In this document: positions 12,607 to 26,261 of the stretch, in pieces | Layout of the letters: every line of letters starts with the position of its first letter | Numbering within the stretch: position 1 is the stretch's first letter | Assembly: GCA_000320545.1 (NCBI GenBank) | Contig: ADNK01000825.1 | Coordinates: 62,001-126,000, forward strand | DNA from: Bigelowiella natans CCMP2755 | Taxonomy: Eukaryota > Protista > Cercozoa | Direction: 5' to 3' | Length of the DNA stretch: 64,000 bases | The notes under the pieces: generated by a model | The model's database searches: none | The model's input: the letters and a program-made list of their open reading frames with translations, nothing else | Told to the model about the DNA's origin: nothing | Translations under genes and position numbers: made by a program

Positions 12607-15600
12607 AAGAGAGAGCTAAAGACAGATTAGCTCTGCTTTTCCTCATATTAGATTGGGGGATGGCAGAACACATCTACATATTATCCTCCCATTTGCCACA
12701 AGATGCTTGACTTTATCTATTAACAGCAGCATGTTGCAGCGGCAGTGGGACAGGTTAAGGTGTGGGTGAGTGCGACAAGAAAGATGAGTTTCAGGGTGTG
12801 GACGATTTTGACGACTTCCATGTACATTGGGCCGTCGCTAGATCCTGTGGAAGTGAAATCGGCAAAATGGCTCAAATCCAAGCTTCTCAGCGGGGGGGCT
12901 GGTCCTCCTGTATGGCTGGAGCGGTTCACTGTCAGCTTGACGAGAAAGAATGATGATGATGGGGTCAACGAGAAAAGCAAGGGAACGTTGGGAGGAGGAG
13001 GAGGGGGAGGAGAATTAGCGAATAATGACGTATCAGCAGCAACAGTAGGGAGACCTCAGGTGATGGGGCTATACACAGCTAGTAGTGTCAGGAACGACGA
13101 AGAGGATGATCTCAACGACGTTCATGATGAGGACAGACCATTGGAGGCGGCTGCTGCAGCAGCGGCGGGCAATGGCGACGATGGCGTTTTCTATGAGAAC
13201 ACCCCTGGATCACCCAATATCTCTGCTGCTTCGAGGCAAGACAACAAAGGTGGCACAATTGCCAGCACTAATGCCGCACAAACTGCTGCTTCTTCTGAAG
13301 ACAGCAAAAATACTGGCAATGGTGATAATGACGGGAAGAATAGTAGCGACCCTCCCTTCCCTCTCCCCCCCCCCCCTTCTCTTCCAAAAATGAGCCCACA
13401 GCTTCTCCGTCAGCATTCAGCTCCCATACTCGAAAAAGGTGGAGCACCTGGTAGCGGAGGTGGTGTGGGTGGTAGTGCGCGGCGAGACGGCGACAATCGT
13501 GCATCAAAGAAATCTAACAGGAAAATCAAGGCCAAGCAGGTGGTTTTAGGCGGTTTGTGTGAAGATTATGTCTGTATGAATGATGAGGGCGTTTGCCCAG
13601 TAAAGCAAATTCGAAGTAGAGACATTCTAGAAGGTTTCGAACGGCGCGGAAAACACCGATTATTATCCATCCATATACGCCGTGGAACAAGCCACATCGG
13701 TGTTCGTGGGGTGTGATATTCGAGACGATGACTTGAATATTATGGCCAATGACGGACTGTTGTGGCAATAATGATGTGATGACTATCACCATTGACTGCA
13801 GATGGCAGTTTTCATTATTAACTGAACTTCCTATGATCTCCCGTCCCTCCCCCTCCCTCCCCCCTTCCCTCCCATAGATTATAGAGGAGCTGGCGTTCGA
13901 TAGCCCCCTTTTGCTAAGCCCCGAAGAAGAGGAAGCGGTTGTTTCCCGCGTCCGAAGGATGGAGGATGACGACGATTCCAAGATACAAGAAGAGGATGAG
14001 AAAGTAGAGCATAGTAGCACGGTATCAACAACGATGCCAGCCCCGCTGCGACAGCTCTTGTATTGGACGTCGAAGGAATGCAAGGAGAGGGTGCGCTTTA
14101 GGACGCAAAAGCGCTTTAAAACGGGGCTGCATCGTATTGGCTGCATGGTCTTTGCCGCCGTGGTTTACCTTCAAGGGAGAGCCTCTGAGCTAGGAATGTC
14201 CATCAGGTAGTATCGATAGTATAAGTAGTAGTTAATCGTCGTAAGCCTTGTCATGAGGGAGGCGGCATTCCGTCTCATATGGGGGTGGTGTGGGTGGAGA
14301 GTAACGTCTACATATCTCCACCACTGAAGTATGGTGCTCGTATCATTTTCCCAACGACATATGAATATATACCTGCCAGCGAGGAAAACCTGCGGTTTCA
14401 GGCTCGCCGGTGGAGCCGTGAATGGGCTGCAGTGTGCCGTTTCAAAACCGTTTGCAACGCGTTCGCCGCACAGGGCTACACCTTAGAATCCATAGAGGTG
14501 AAAATAGTGGCGACCATTAATTGATGATGATTATGATTATTTCTGCAAATGATGATCTTTTGACAAGATTTTCGTAATGACAGTTATGATGATGATGATG
14601 ATATGATGATGATGATGACGACGACGACGATGATTATTCTCCGAATAAAGTTGTGCTAGTGGCTTGCTTTGCCAATCACCACATGCAACTCCATTGTCTC
14701 CGCTTCGCTCGCACCGTTTCCCTCTCTTGTTTCTCAATGCTGCACCCTCAGACGATTAAGTTTTTTGTTGTTCTGATGAGATGGGTCTGTACGTCTCGCG
14801 TGTCTTCATCCTCCCCCATCCCTCCTTCCCCCTCTCCTCTTGTTCCTTGTTCCTAATGCTACGAAGATGTGCGTGAGGTCGAGGGTCAAGTTTCTGCTAG
14901 CGTTCCATCCCCCCAAGGACGTGCACCCACCGTCGCTGTCTCACAAGAAGGACGAGAAACCAGCATGGATCTCATCTCCCTCCCTCCCTCTCGTTCTTCC
15001 CGCAGGGCGACCTGGCCTTTTAAGGACGAGGAGCGAGGACCCTCCTCCTCTAAGGCAGATTGTGTCAGCTTCGGTAGCGTCACTAGCAGGATCAGGGAAG
15101 AAGAAGATGAAGAAAAAGAGCCATTCACCGGCGAGAAGACCAAAGGTGATCGGGGACGACTACAGAGGCTCGGAAAAAGAGGTGGTAATGATAGTATGGG
15201 TCAAGTAGTAGTAGTTGTAGCAGTAATAGAAGTTGTGGACAGCAGCAGTAATGAGAATAGGAGAATGAGGAGGAGGAGGAGGAGGAGAAAGTATTCTATT
15301 GTAATCACAAACTTTGTGCCCTTCTCAACCTCCTCAAATTTCTCGATGAACGCACATTTTTTGTATCCTGACATATCCTCGTCTATACTCCTCCTCCTCC
15401 TCTTCCTCCTCCTCCTTCCCACAACTACTTATAGGATATCGAAACGGCCTTGGTGCGTTTTCGCGAGCTTGTCCGTAAGGCAACAGATGAGGAGGGGCGG
15501 CAAGATGATGGCGGCACAGCATTGCGTGGGAACGTGCTCGATCTCGTCTTGGATTTTGTTGATCTCGCCGAGGACTTGAAGGTGTGTGCAAAGAATGCTA

Positions 15601-16754
15601 GCGACGATACCGACAAGAAGAAAGATGCAGAAGGAGGAGGCCATCAGGAGGAGGAGGGTAAAGCAAGCCCCACCGTCGACACACAGGCGTTCCAAGACCT
15701 CTGCGCCGCGCTCACAGCAAGGAGGTATACAAATCCGGCGAGATTCGCTTTTTCGTCCCCATCTCCCACAAAAGTTTTTTGAGAAAAACCAATCCATTAT
15801 TTTTTTAATGTTTCTGAAGATATTGATTTGGATGTTGTTCTTAGTTGTTAGCTAGTTATTTTGTGAGGGAGCATTTATCGCCTCCGCGTCCACTCCATTG
15901 TCGTTTCGATATGAACCTACCCAAGAAACTACAGAGAATAGCACACTGCACTCTCAACCGACATATTAGCTAGCACCAAGCAACCACTACCACACATGAT
16001 TATAATATCTCCACAGGGCACGCGCTGTGCTGCGACTGACGGCGATCCAGCATTTCGGACACATGGCCGTGCATGTGAATGACGAGAACTCATGCCGTTA
16101 CATTCTAGAAGGGGTGTGCCTTGCGGTACATCGTGCTGCAGCTTGCGGTAGTAGCAGTAGCAGCAGCAGCAGCAGCAGGAATAGCAGCAATGGCAATAGT
16201 GTCGGACATCCTTTGACTGCAAATGTGACGCAAACAAGAACTAGTTCGGGTTTTATCTTCGGGACGCAACAATCGAGTGCAAGAAATTCGAGCAGTCTCA
16301 GAACTCCTGCCGCTTATCTCCCCTGCTCCCCGCGATCGGGGCTGCCATCGTCTTTGTCACCGTCCTCCGCTACGATGTCTGTACAGGTCGTGGACCCTCT
16401 GGTCCGTAAGCTCTGCCAGCTCGAACCTCTCTGCGGGGGAGGGGGAGAAGCAGACGACGACGATGATGATGTTAGCGTCCCAACGTTGCCTCCCTTCCCT
16501 CCCCCCCTGACACATGCACCAGCAACTAACCCTTGGAGATCTGGGCAAGGGCGGTTTACTTCTCGGCAAGGAGGACTCGCGAATAACAATAACAACAACA
16601 ACAACAACAACAGCAGCAGCAGCAGCAGCAGCAACAGGACGACACCTACTGATCGTCGGAAAGGGAAAAGCTCTTCTCGTAGCGTGCATTGGCTGGTAGA
16701 TATAGAAGGTATGGGGCCCGCGTTCGACTCTATGGCACTTCAAAGGTTTGTCTC

Positions 16755-16792
<38 letters not shown>

Positions 16793-18028
16793 GTGAGTGT
16801 GTGTGTATGTGTGTGCTTATGCTTTATTCAGTGGCTGCATGCTTGAATGTGATGTATAATTCATGCTCACCAACGTTCCATCTCATCGCGATTAATCTTC
16901 TCTCCCTGATCCCCCCTCTTCTCCTTACTACCTAAAGTTTTCTCGACTTGCTGAGCACGTTATGGAAGAAGACGAGACGGTTCAAGTTCCCGGTAGAGTT
17001 GTCAGGGCTTACACTGCTCGCCTCCTGCATCCATTTCCGCAGCCAAGACCTCCAAAAGCTTGATTCCTCCGGCATCACCTCTTTTGTCCGTAAATTAGCG
17101 CTGAATCCTCCTGCATCAGCCGTTAAAGTATCGCTAGCTGCTTGGGCTTTAATGCGCGTAATGATATACTCTGTTGGGGACTCGGTCAGAGCGTCGTCGA
17201 GCTTGGTGGCAGGTCGACAGCAGCAGCGACAGCAGCAGCGACAGCAGCAGCGACAGCATCAGCAAGGCCACGATGGCAGTGCTTCTCGTATACTGAATGA
17301 ATGGATTGACATTCTGCTGGAAAAGCTTGAGGCGCAGTGGCATCATAATTATAGTAAGTTGGCGACGGGAATCACCGGGAAGAAGAGCACCGTCGACCAT
17401 AATAATGCGGGACAGCAGGAGAACAGAAATCAGTTCCCGCAGCCTATGAGACGGGCTAAGACCACAGCTGCTGTATTTAGGTCAGATTTTGATCTTGCCG
17501 CTGGTGAGGCCGGATCTCCTTCCTCCTTTGGAAGTGGTGGCGATGGTGCTAGTGGTACTGCTGCTGCTGCTACTACCAGTGGTGGTAGTGATACATTCGG
17601 CCTTGTGACTGCATGTCGTCGGTCATCATCGTCGCCGCAATCGCCAGAAAAGTTAGGCGGTGATGGTGGGGGGAGGGGAGACATTGCTTCACCCCCTTCT
17701 TATTCGGAAACAAAGGGGAGCCCATCAGGGTCAAGACCGAACATGCTTGTGCGACAACTTTCACTGGATACAGCATCCACAGGATGGCATGCGGAGATGG
17801 CAGCAGGCAATCTCCTAGCGATGGTGAACAGCAACAGTAACAGCATAAATGCCCCCTTCGACTATAAGAGCATGATGGAGAAGAAGCAGCAGCAGCAGCA
17901 AGAGGAAAAAGAGGGGAAAGAGCAAAAATGGGGAGCGCCGACGATCAAGGAGGAGAGGAAGGAAGAAGCCGATAAAGATTGCCTTTCTTCTCAAAAGGTG
18001 AATGCTCGTGCTGAATCAAATGCATGTG

Positions 18029-18072
<44 letters not shown>

Positions 18073-20922
18073 GTACGGGAAAGAGTGCAAATAGGCGCAC
18101 GTGCTACTACTTCCATTACTGCTACTACCACAACTGCTACTCCTACTGCTGCCACTATATTGCATATTACGTATACTCATCATCATTATCATCACCGTCA
18201 TCATCATCATCATCATAATCATCTTCATCTAGGTGCTAGAGAGAGCCGAGCTTATATCGAATGAGCTGCTATGGGTGCTTTTGCGACTATCTTGCTGCAA
18301 GGAAGCTCTATATTCCATCCTTCGCAGACCGAAATCGGTCAATCTCATATGTAAGCTAGCAATATTGGGAACTACGTGGGTGCATGACAACACCAACAGT
18401 AGCAGCAGTAGTAGCGACTCTTCGTCCTCCTCTTTTTCGTCGTCGTCGTTGTCCCCGACAGGGGCAGGACATATCACAAGGCTGCTCGCACTACATATTT
18501 GCCGACGATTACTACCAATGGTAGATCCAACGGTGGTGCCCACGGTTGAAGGTAACGAGGAGGACGGGGAGAAGAAGAAGAAGAAGAAGAAGAATGCGGA
18601 ATTCTACCTCGGTCGGCAGCGGAGGCATCCTGCCTCGCAGTCGTCGTCGTCGTCGAAGAATGGTGACGCTGCTGCCGCTGCTATCGTTGATTGGAAACTG
18701 CTTGATACCACCCCTGAGGCGTTGTTGGCCGGAATCTTGAAGAGTGTGGCGGCATGCGACCCGCTGCTAATGACAACGACGACGACGACGACAAATAGTC
18801 TAGACTCAGAGGAACGAGGACCATCTTTGGCATCATCACCATCATCACCATCATCATCTCGTCTCCCTCTCGCCCCCTCCTCCTACCCCAAATCTCAACT
18901 GTTTTCTTGCGCCAACGAGGCCATATGCATCTACAGACGCCTCCTCGCGACGGACGCGTGGGCTCCCATGGCACTCGATGCCATGGAGGAAGCCTTAGAA
19001 CCGCTGCGAAGGAAAAAAACGACGCCAGGAATGATGGAGGAGAAGGAGGAGGAGAAGGAGGGGCCTGGAGAGGAAAACGATCAACAGCAACATGCTGCTC
19101 GTATGAAAACAAAGATGGAAAGACTGGTCGCGACGCTGCACATCCTAGGCGGCGGTTTCGACGTGATAACGGAGGGCAGTCAAGTTGTAGTGCGATACCT
19201 TGCTGAAGGCTCCTCTTCCTCTTCTTCTTCTTCTTCTTCTTCTTCTTCTTCTTCTTCTTTTCCAAACAATAGCAACGATCAGAAGCAGCGACAGCAGCAC
19301 GAAAAGCATGCTGCTGACAATGAGGACGGCGGCGGCTACGACAGCAACAAGATGCGCGGTGTAATCCTGTGCCTGTCCCCTCTAACCGCCCATATGCAGC
19401 ACCGGAGGCAAGGAGAGCAGGTGGTGGAGATTGACTGGGTAAGGTATTCCGCTGAGGTCGTTCCAACGGTGGAGTTCCCCTACAACGAGCTCAACCAGCT
19501 CCACTCATGCTCGTCGATGCAGCTCTCACGGATTCTTGACATCGTTGCCACGTTTTTTATCAAGACGAGGGAGGGCGGTGACGGCAGTGAGAGCGAGGCG
19601 TCAGCATGCTTAAGCCGAGAAACTCTACGGAAGAAAGCGACTGCAGCCGCTGCCACCTCCTCCTCCTCCTCCTTCTCAGTGGGGCAGCTGCTACAGCTTC
19701 TGTTCCCAAAGTACCTTCGTTTGCTATGCGGAAAGGCGATGGAGCCTGCACTCGTTGCAGGATGGGAAGGATCACGGTTCCCGATGTGCAGAGATACGAT
19801 CATCAAAACCGCCCTTCAGCCCGCCATCAGAAAACAGCCACTTGCAGCGGCAACAGCGCGCTCCCCGTCCTCCAACACAGCCCTGAACAAAGGCAGTATG
19901 GAGGAGGAGGTGGAGGAGGAGAAGAAGAACAGCAACAAGGAGAATGCTAGTAATAGTAGTACGAGCAGTAATCAATTTGGAGGCTTTGGCAGCAGTAGTA
20001 GTAACTCTGGAGACTTTGGCAGCAGTGGCGGTCAAAGCGGTGGTAACTCTGCACTTACACTTCTTCTTTCATAATTTCTGTATTGTTTTGTTTTCTTAAA
20101 AAACCATTGATTAAAAAAATAGTAATAAAATTGATATTTCTTTTAATATTGTAGTTTTTGGAAAATGAAAGTTATTCAAAGATATTCAAGTCTTGAACAT
20201 AAATTCCTCTTGATTGCAGGTGGAGGCTTTGGCAGCAGTAGTAACTCCAGACGCTTGTGCTTGTTTTTTAAGAATACCGGCACCTGTAGGTACGGGGTTA
20301 ACTGTCACTTCTCGCACGCTGCTGGTCCTGAGAGTACCAATGCGGTACCTAGGAATACTTTCAGTAGCTTTGACAACAAGAATAGTAGTAGCTCTGGAGG
20401 CTGGGGCAGCAGCAGTAGTAACTCTGGAGGCTTTGGCGGCAGTGGCGGTGGTAACTCTGCACTTACAATTTTTTCCCATAATTTCTGTATTGTTTTGCTT
20501 TTTTAAAAAACACTAATAAAAAAAAATTGTAATAAAAGTGATTTTTCTTTTAATATTGTAGTTTTTGGAAAATGAAAGTTATTCAAAGATATTCAAGTCT
20601 TGAACATAAATTCCTCTTGATTGCAGGTGGAGGCTTTGGCAGCAGTAGTAGTAACTCTGGAGGCTTTGGCAGCAGTGGCGGTCAAAGCGGTGGTAACTCT
20701 GCACTTACAATTCTTCTTTCATAATTTCTGTATTGTTTTGTTTTCTTAAAAAACCATTGATTAAAAAAATAGTAATAAAATTGATATTTCTTTTAATATT
20801 GTAGTTTTTAGAAAATGAAAGTTATTCAAAGATATTCAAGTCTTGAACATAAATTCCTCTTGATTGCAGGTGGAGGCTTTGGCAGCAGTAGTAGTAACTC
20901 TGGAGGCTTTGGCCCCAGAGGC

Positions 20923-20956
<34 letters not shown>

Positions 20957-22911
20957 CCAAAGAAGGGAGGACAGCAACAGATACAGGCAGTATCTTCGGT
21001 ACCATAACTCTGCTCGTGCAGGGGATAAACGAGGATTTCAAGGGTATGATGAAGAAGGAGGGGAACGATTATGTACAGCTTCTGGACGAATCTAACATAG
21101 ATAAATGGTGCGTGGGGGGAGCGGCATATGAAGCTCTGATTCTCCGTCTCTCGCACACGATAGCGTTGCTATTGAAACAGCAGCAGCAGCAGCAAGAACA
21201 GCAGATTCCCTCATCGTTGGTCCCTTCCGCAAAGATGATGATGATGAAGCTCATCACCGGTAACGAGGATGAAGAAAAGGGTGAAGATAGACTACAACCC
21301 TCAACACCTGAGAATAGTAAGCAGAAGACAGAGAATATGGAGCGCAAATCAAAACTGCGAGCCGCCGATCACTCCTTGTTTGGGGATTTTCAGCAGCAGC
21401 AGCAGCAGCAGCAATTTGCAGCCTCCGCGGATCCTTTTCTTCGCCCTCCTGCTGCTCCTCCCCTGCCCGTGTTCGCAGGGCTCATCGGCGACCCGCGCTG
21501 CTACTTCGAGCAAAGCTTTGCTGACTCCATATCCTGCTCCTCGTCCTCCTCGCAGGCGGTGGAGGAGAAGTTGGAAGCAAAGAGCAGCGGCAACAACAAC
21601 AACAACATCAACAACTACAACAACAATGTCGATACTGCTGCCATGTTATCTGGGATCCGACTCCAAGCCTACTCGTCCCTTCTTAGCTCGCTCAATTGTG
21701 CAGAGCAGCGCCCTCGAAATCAGCACAAGGAGGGTGGCGAGCAACACGCCGCCACGGCTCCTTACAAGAAGTTGCATCGCCTCCGCAATTACACTGAGAT
21801 TGAACTAGGCCATTCGGCGTCTGTTTGTGAGAACGCGTTGTACTTCAGCGGCAGCGAAGGCGCGGGAGGGCAACAATACCGAGGAGGAGACCAAACAATT
21901 CGGCCGCACGGCGAGCATACCGACGACACGAGTGATAATGATTTCTTGGAGAAGCGAGATCCCAGTGCGTGCGTAGTCGTTCCATTACTCGTTGAAACGC
22001 TCTTAAGATCCGGCCAGGTAGCGTATACATCAACGGTATTAGATGGGTGAGGCGAAGAAGTTGGAGAAGAAGAAGAAGAAGTAGTAGTAGTAGTATGGTG
22101 AAAAGACGGAGTGGTGGTGGTAATGGTGGTGGCATCTACTAGATAGGTCAGGAGTGGGTGCGTGTAAGTATTCACAATGGATTTTAGAATGGGCGGGGGG
22201 AGAGGGGGGGAGGGAAGGGATACCGAAGGTTTTGTTTTGTGTGTAGGATCGAGGGCCTTGTTTTTAATATTTTGTCCTGTATAGGATTTTGATTGCTTTG
22301 AAACCTCCCATCAATTGCTGCCACGGCTTCCTAGCTTACTTGTTATCATTATCACTATCATCATCATCATCATCACTTTTTTTGATCCTGCCTCATCAAC
22401 ACAAGGGGGCAACCTTCTCGATGTGTGTCTGGCTGGCGCGCGGCACCTCTTCTGGCCGACTCCTAGCGTTTCGAGCGGAAGGAAATACGACTGGAAGCAG
22501 CGGTGGTGGCGGCTGTGGGTTGTTCGGCGATGGGTGGTTCTCCGTCAACGCACGTGTGAGCGAAGAAGGCCGTGATATCGTCGACGGCAAAGAGCCGATC
22601 ATAATCCTAGAGGTGGAGATGTACAAAAGCGGAGGAGGGAGGGGAAGAGAACGCGCCAGTATCATTACGAGTCTTCTTCCTCCTCCCCCCCCTCCCAAAT
22701 CTGCAAAGCATCCTGAGCAATATCTAAGAACAGAGGCCTGGTATCATATTAGCGTAAACATCAGGAGGGTTGATGGCGCTCCTAGTGCTAGCCTCGCAGT
22801 TTTCGTCAACGGTGAGGAGTGGAAGTTTCAGCAGTAGTAGTAGTAGGGAGTAGTAGTAGCTGCAGAAGGTGTAGAGATCTAGCAGCATCTGCAGTGAACA
22901 ACATAACGATC

Positions 22912-22947
<36 letters not shown>

Positions 22948-22948
22948 A

Positions 22949-22982
<34 letters not shown>

Positions 22983-23195
22983 TTATATACAACGGGTCGT
23001 CTTTTCTTGGCAGACAACACGTTGAGGCTTAATCGTGATGATCACCTCCTGATTCATACTAAAATCCCCAGCGTTCTTAGAAGTGTCTTCTAGCAGATAC
23101 ATGCCTCAATCATGCGTGGACAACACAGCCATTTCCTTATATCCATCGGGGGAAATTGCACCCACCAAACTCGCTGACAATGATACTTACCGCAG

Positions 23196-23268
<73 letters not shown>

Positions 23269-24206
23269 ATCATATATCGATAGGCGAACAATATGGGCGC
23301 AATGTATCCATTCGTCTACTGCCTCCGCGGCCAAGGCACAATAAGAACTCCATGAGGAAGGAGAAGGAGGAGAATGTGAAGCAAAAAGGGGACAACAAGT
23401 TCATTTCTTCTTCTTCTTCTACCAATGCGACGCTGTTAGAATGGGAAGAATTTGGGCTAAAAAGGCTGCATGCCGTGTTTGCTCACGGATTGACGTGTAA
23501 GATCCACACTCTCCTCGTCTTTGGTGCAACGGTTCCAAAGCAGGCCCTTAGGCGGCAAAGGCAGCAGCAGAAGAGGCAGCATCAGTCGTTCGTATCCTCC
23601 TTCCCCTTACTTGCAAATACGAGGAAATTGGTGTCTGCATACCGAGCAACCGTGGCTGCCACACAGCACCTTAGAGGAGGAGGAGGAGGAGGAGGAGGAG
23701 GAGGAGGAGGAGGTGGAGGAGTATCCCCAACCACCACGGCGGAGGAGAAGCATGATAATGATAATAAGATGATACCGATGAAAGCGGTTGTAATTACTCC
23801 TCACAAGATGGAGGCGGCCATCGAGCACAGAGGCATTGCACGACTTGACTTGCCGCAGCTTGCTTCTGCACCTCCCAATTCGAATATCTGCTCTCCTCGC
23901 TCACTTGAACATGTGCGCGGGTTTTCTCCGTCATTGCTGTGGAGTCCGCTCGTTGCATGTTCCTACAGCTTCGTCACCAAGTTGTCGACAGGCCAACGCT
24001 TGCTACCTGAGACAGCAATGGTTCCTCTGATTCATGTGTTATCTAGTGACGATGAAGAGGATGATGATGATGGTGAACATGATGATGTCGATCAGAACTG
24101 AATTTGGAAGAAGGATACTGTCAAAAGATAATGCACATAAAGACCAAAATTACTCGGCTTCTGCCTTGTTACAGAGCAAACCTATGCGTGTTTTCCATTC
24201 ACAATT

Positions 24207-24250
<44 letters not shown>

Positions 24251-24451
24251 CACACTAGCACAGCAAACGACGGTGTCCTTTTGAATGTGTCATATCAGGT
24301 GAAGACGCATGGCGGGGAGACCATGTTCGGCGTTGCGCTCTCGAGTGATGATGTGCTCACGGTACAGATACCGCCACAACTTGCAAGCTTCCTGAGGGAG
24401 AAGAACAAGAACAAGGCTGCTTCTACAGGGGGAGGTGGAGGAGAAGGAGGT

Positions 24452-24501
<50 letters not shown>

Positions 24502-25916
24502 CAGTTTTGATTCTTCTGGCATTATGCCCAGCGATCGGCAAAAGGAAAAAATAAATAACGTTACAAGTGCTACCATAGTGTTTTTCCAAGGCTAAAAATG
24601 GGGTGGTTTACCACGAGGGGGATCATCGATAGCCGTATGTCAGTCCAGTTTGAAAATTGCGGAAAGAAGAAGAAGCGACGTACAACGCGGTCATTTTATG
24701 CTGACGTGGTACTGGTAATCTAGGGGACTTATTCGGCAATAATAGTGGTGGTGGCTTCGGCTTAGGTTCGAGCTCCGGTTCGGGATCAGCAGGTTCTCTT
24801 GGTTCAGGTTCTGGTTCAGGCTGGGGTTCCGGTTCCGGTTCTGGCTCAAGCGACAACGGCGGTGGTAGAAACAACAGCGGTGGCTTTAGCTTCGGCGGTG
24901 GTAGAAACAACGGCGGTGGCTCTAGCTCCGGCGGTTTTGGCTCTGGCTTCGGCGGTGGTGGAAACACCGGCGGTGGCTCTAGCTCCGGCGGTTTTGGCTC
25001 TAGCTTCGGCGGTGGTGGAAACACCGGCGGTGGCTCTAGCTCCGGCGGTTTTGGCTCTGGCTTCGGCGGTGGTGGAAACACCGGCGGTGGCTCTAGCTCC
25101 GGCGGTTTTGGCTCTGGCTTCGGCGGTGGTGGAAACACCGGCGGTGGCTCTAGCTCCGGCGGTTTTGGCTCTGGCTTCGGCGGTGGTGGAAACACCGGCG
25201 GTGGCTCTAGCTCCGGCGGTTTTGGCTTTGGCTTCGGCGGTGGTGGAAACACCGGCGGTGGCTCTAGCTCCGGCGGTTTTGGCTCTGGCTTCGGCGGTAG
25301 CTCTAGCTCCGGCGGTTTTAGCTCTAGCTTCGGCGGTGGTGGAAACACCGGCGGTGGCTCTAGCTCCGGCGGTTTTGGCTTTGGCTTCGGCGGTGGTGGA
25401 AACACCGGCGGTGGCTCTAGCTCCGGCGGTTTTGGCTCTGGCTTCGGCGGTAGCTCTAGCTCCGGCGATTTTAGCTCTAGCTTCGGCGGTGGTGGAAACA
25501 CCGGCGGTGGCTCTAGCTCCGGCGGTTTTGGCTCTGGCTTCGGCGGTAGCTCTAGCTCCGGCGGTGGTGGAAACACCGGCGGTGTCCTTGGTAGTGGTAG
25601 AAACAACGGCGGTGGCTCTAGCTCCGGCGGTTTTGGCTCTAGCTTCGGCGGTGGTGGAAACACCGGCGGTGGCTCTAGCTCCGGCGGTTTTGGCTCTGGC
25701 TTCGGCGGTGGTGGAAACACCGGCGGTGGCTCTAGCTCCGGCGGTTTTGGCTCTAGCTCCGGCGGTGGCGTTGGTGGTGGTAGAAACATCGGCGGTGGCT
25801 TTAGCTTCGGCGGTGGTGGAAACAACGGCAGTGTCTTCGGCGGTGGCTTTAAGACCACGGAGGTGGATAATATATGATGATGACCAAGTAGTATTATGCG
25901 TGTTTGTGCGTGTCTC

Positions 25917-25950
<34 letters not shown>

Positions 25951-26229
25951 TTGTAGTAGTAGTAGTTGTGTCAGATAAGAGTGGCGAATACACAGGAAAC
26001 AGTATATCCACTCCACACTCCATCACGCCACACTTTAAAAATGGAATTGTGAAATTAGTGGTGGTACCGTAGTCTGAGAACCAACCATTAACAACAACAA
26101 CAACAAATTAGGAGCGGCATCGGGGAAAATTCGGCTCCAGCCACGTCGAGCTACACCAGAGCATTACGAAAATGCACCAGTACAGTAGAATCCCATTCGA
26201 AAATATCAATCTTAAGAAATCTTTCAATA

Positions 26230-26261
<32 letters not shown>

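Noticed and set aside
11786-12710. ORFs with CVCVCV, SLSLSL, ERERER or YIYIYI tracts here and throughout the window
   Set aside because: These are translations of intronic dinucleotide microsatellites.
24840-25850. Regular repeat array resembling a CRISPR array
   Set aside because: There are no unique spacers and no cas genes; it is a codon-multiple tandem repeat in a eukaryotic exon.
24623-26026. 467-aa minus-strand Pro-rich (extensin-like) ORF and 385-aa plus-strand VVETPAVALAPA ORF (24799-25956)
   Set aside because: Both are shadows of the stop-free 57-bp repeat. Only the FG frame has phase-compatible splice sites and leads into the GLEBS motif.
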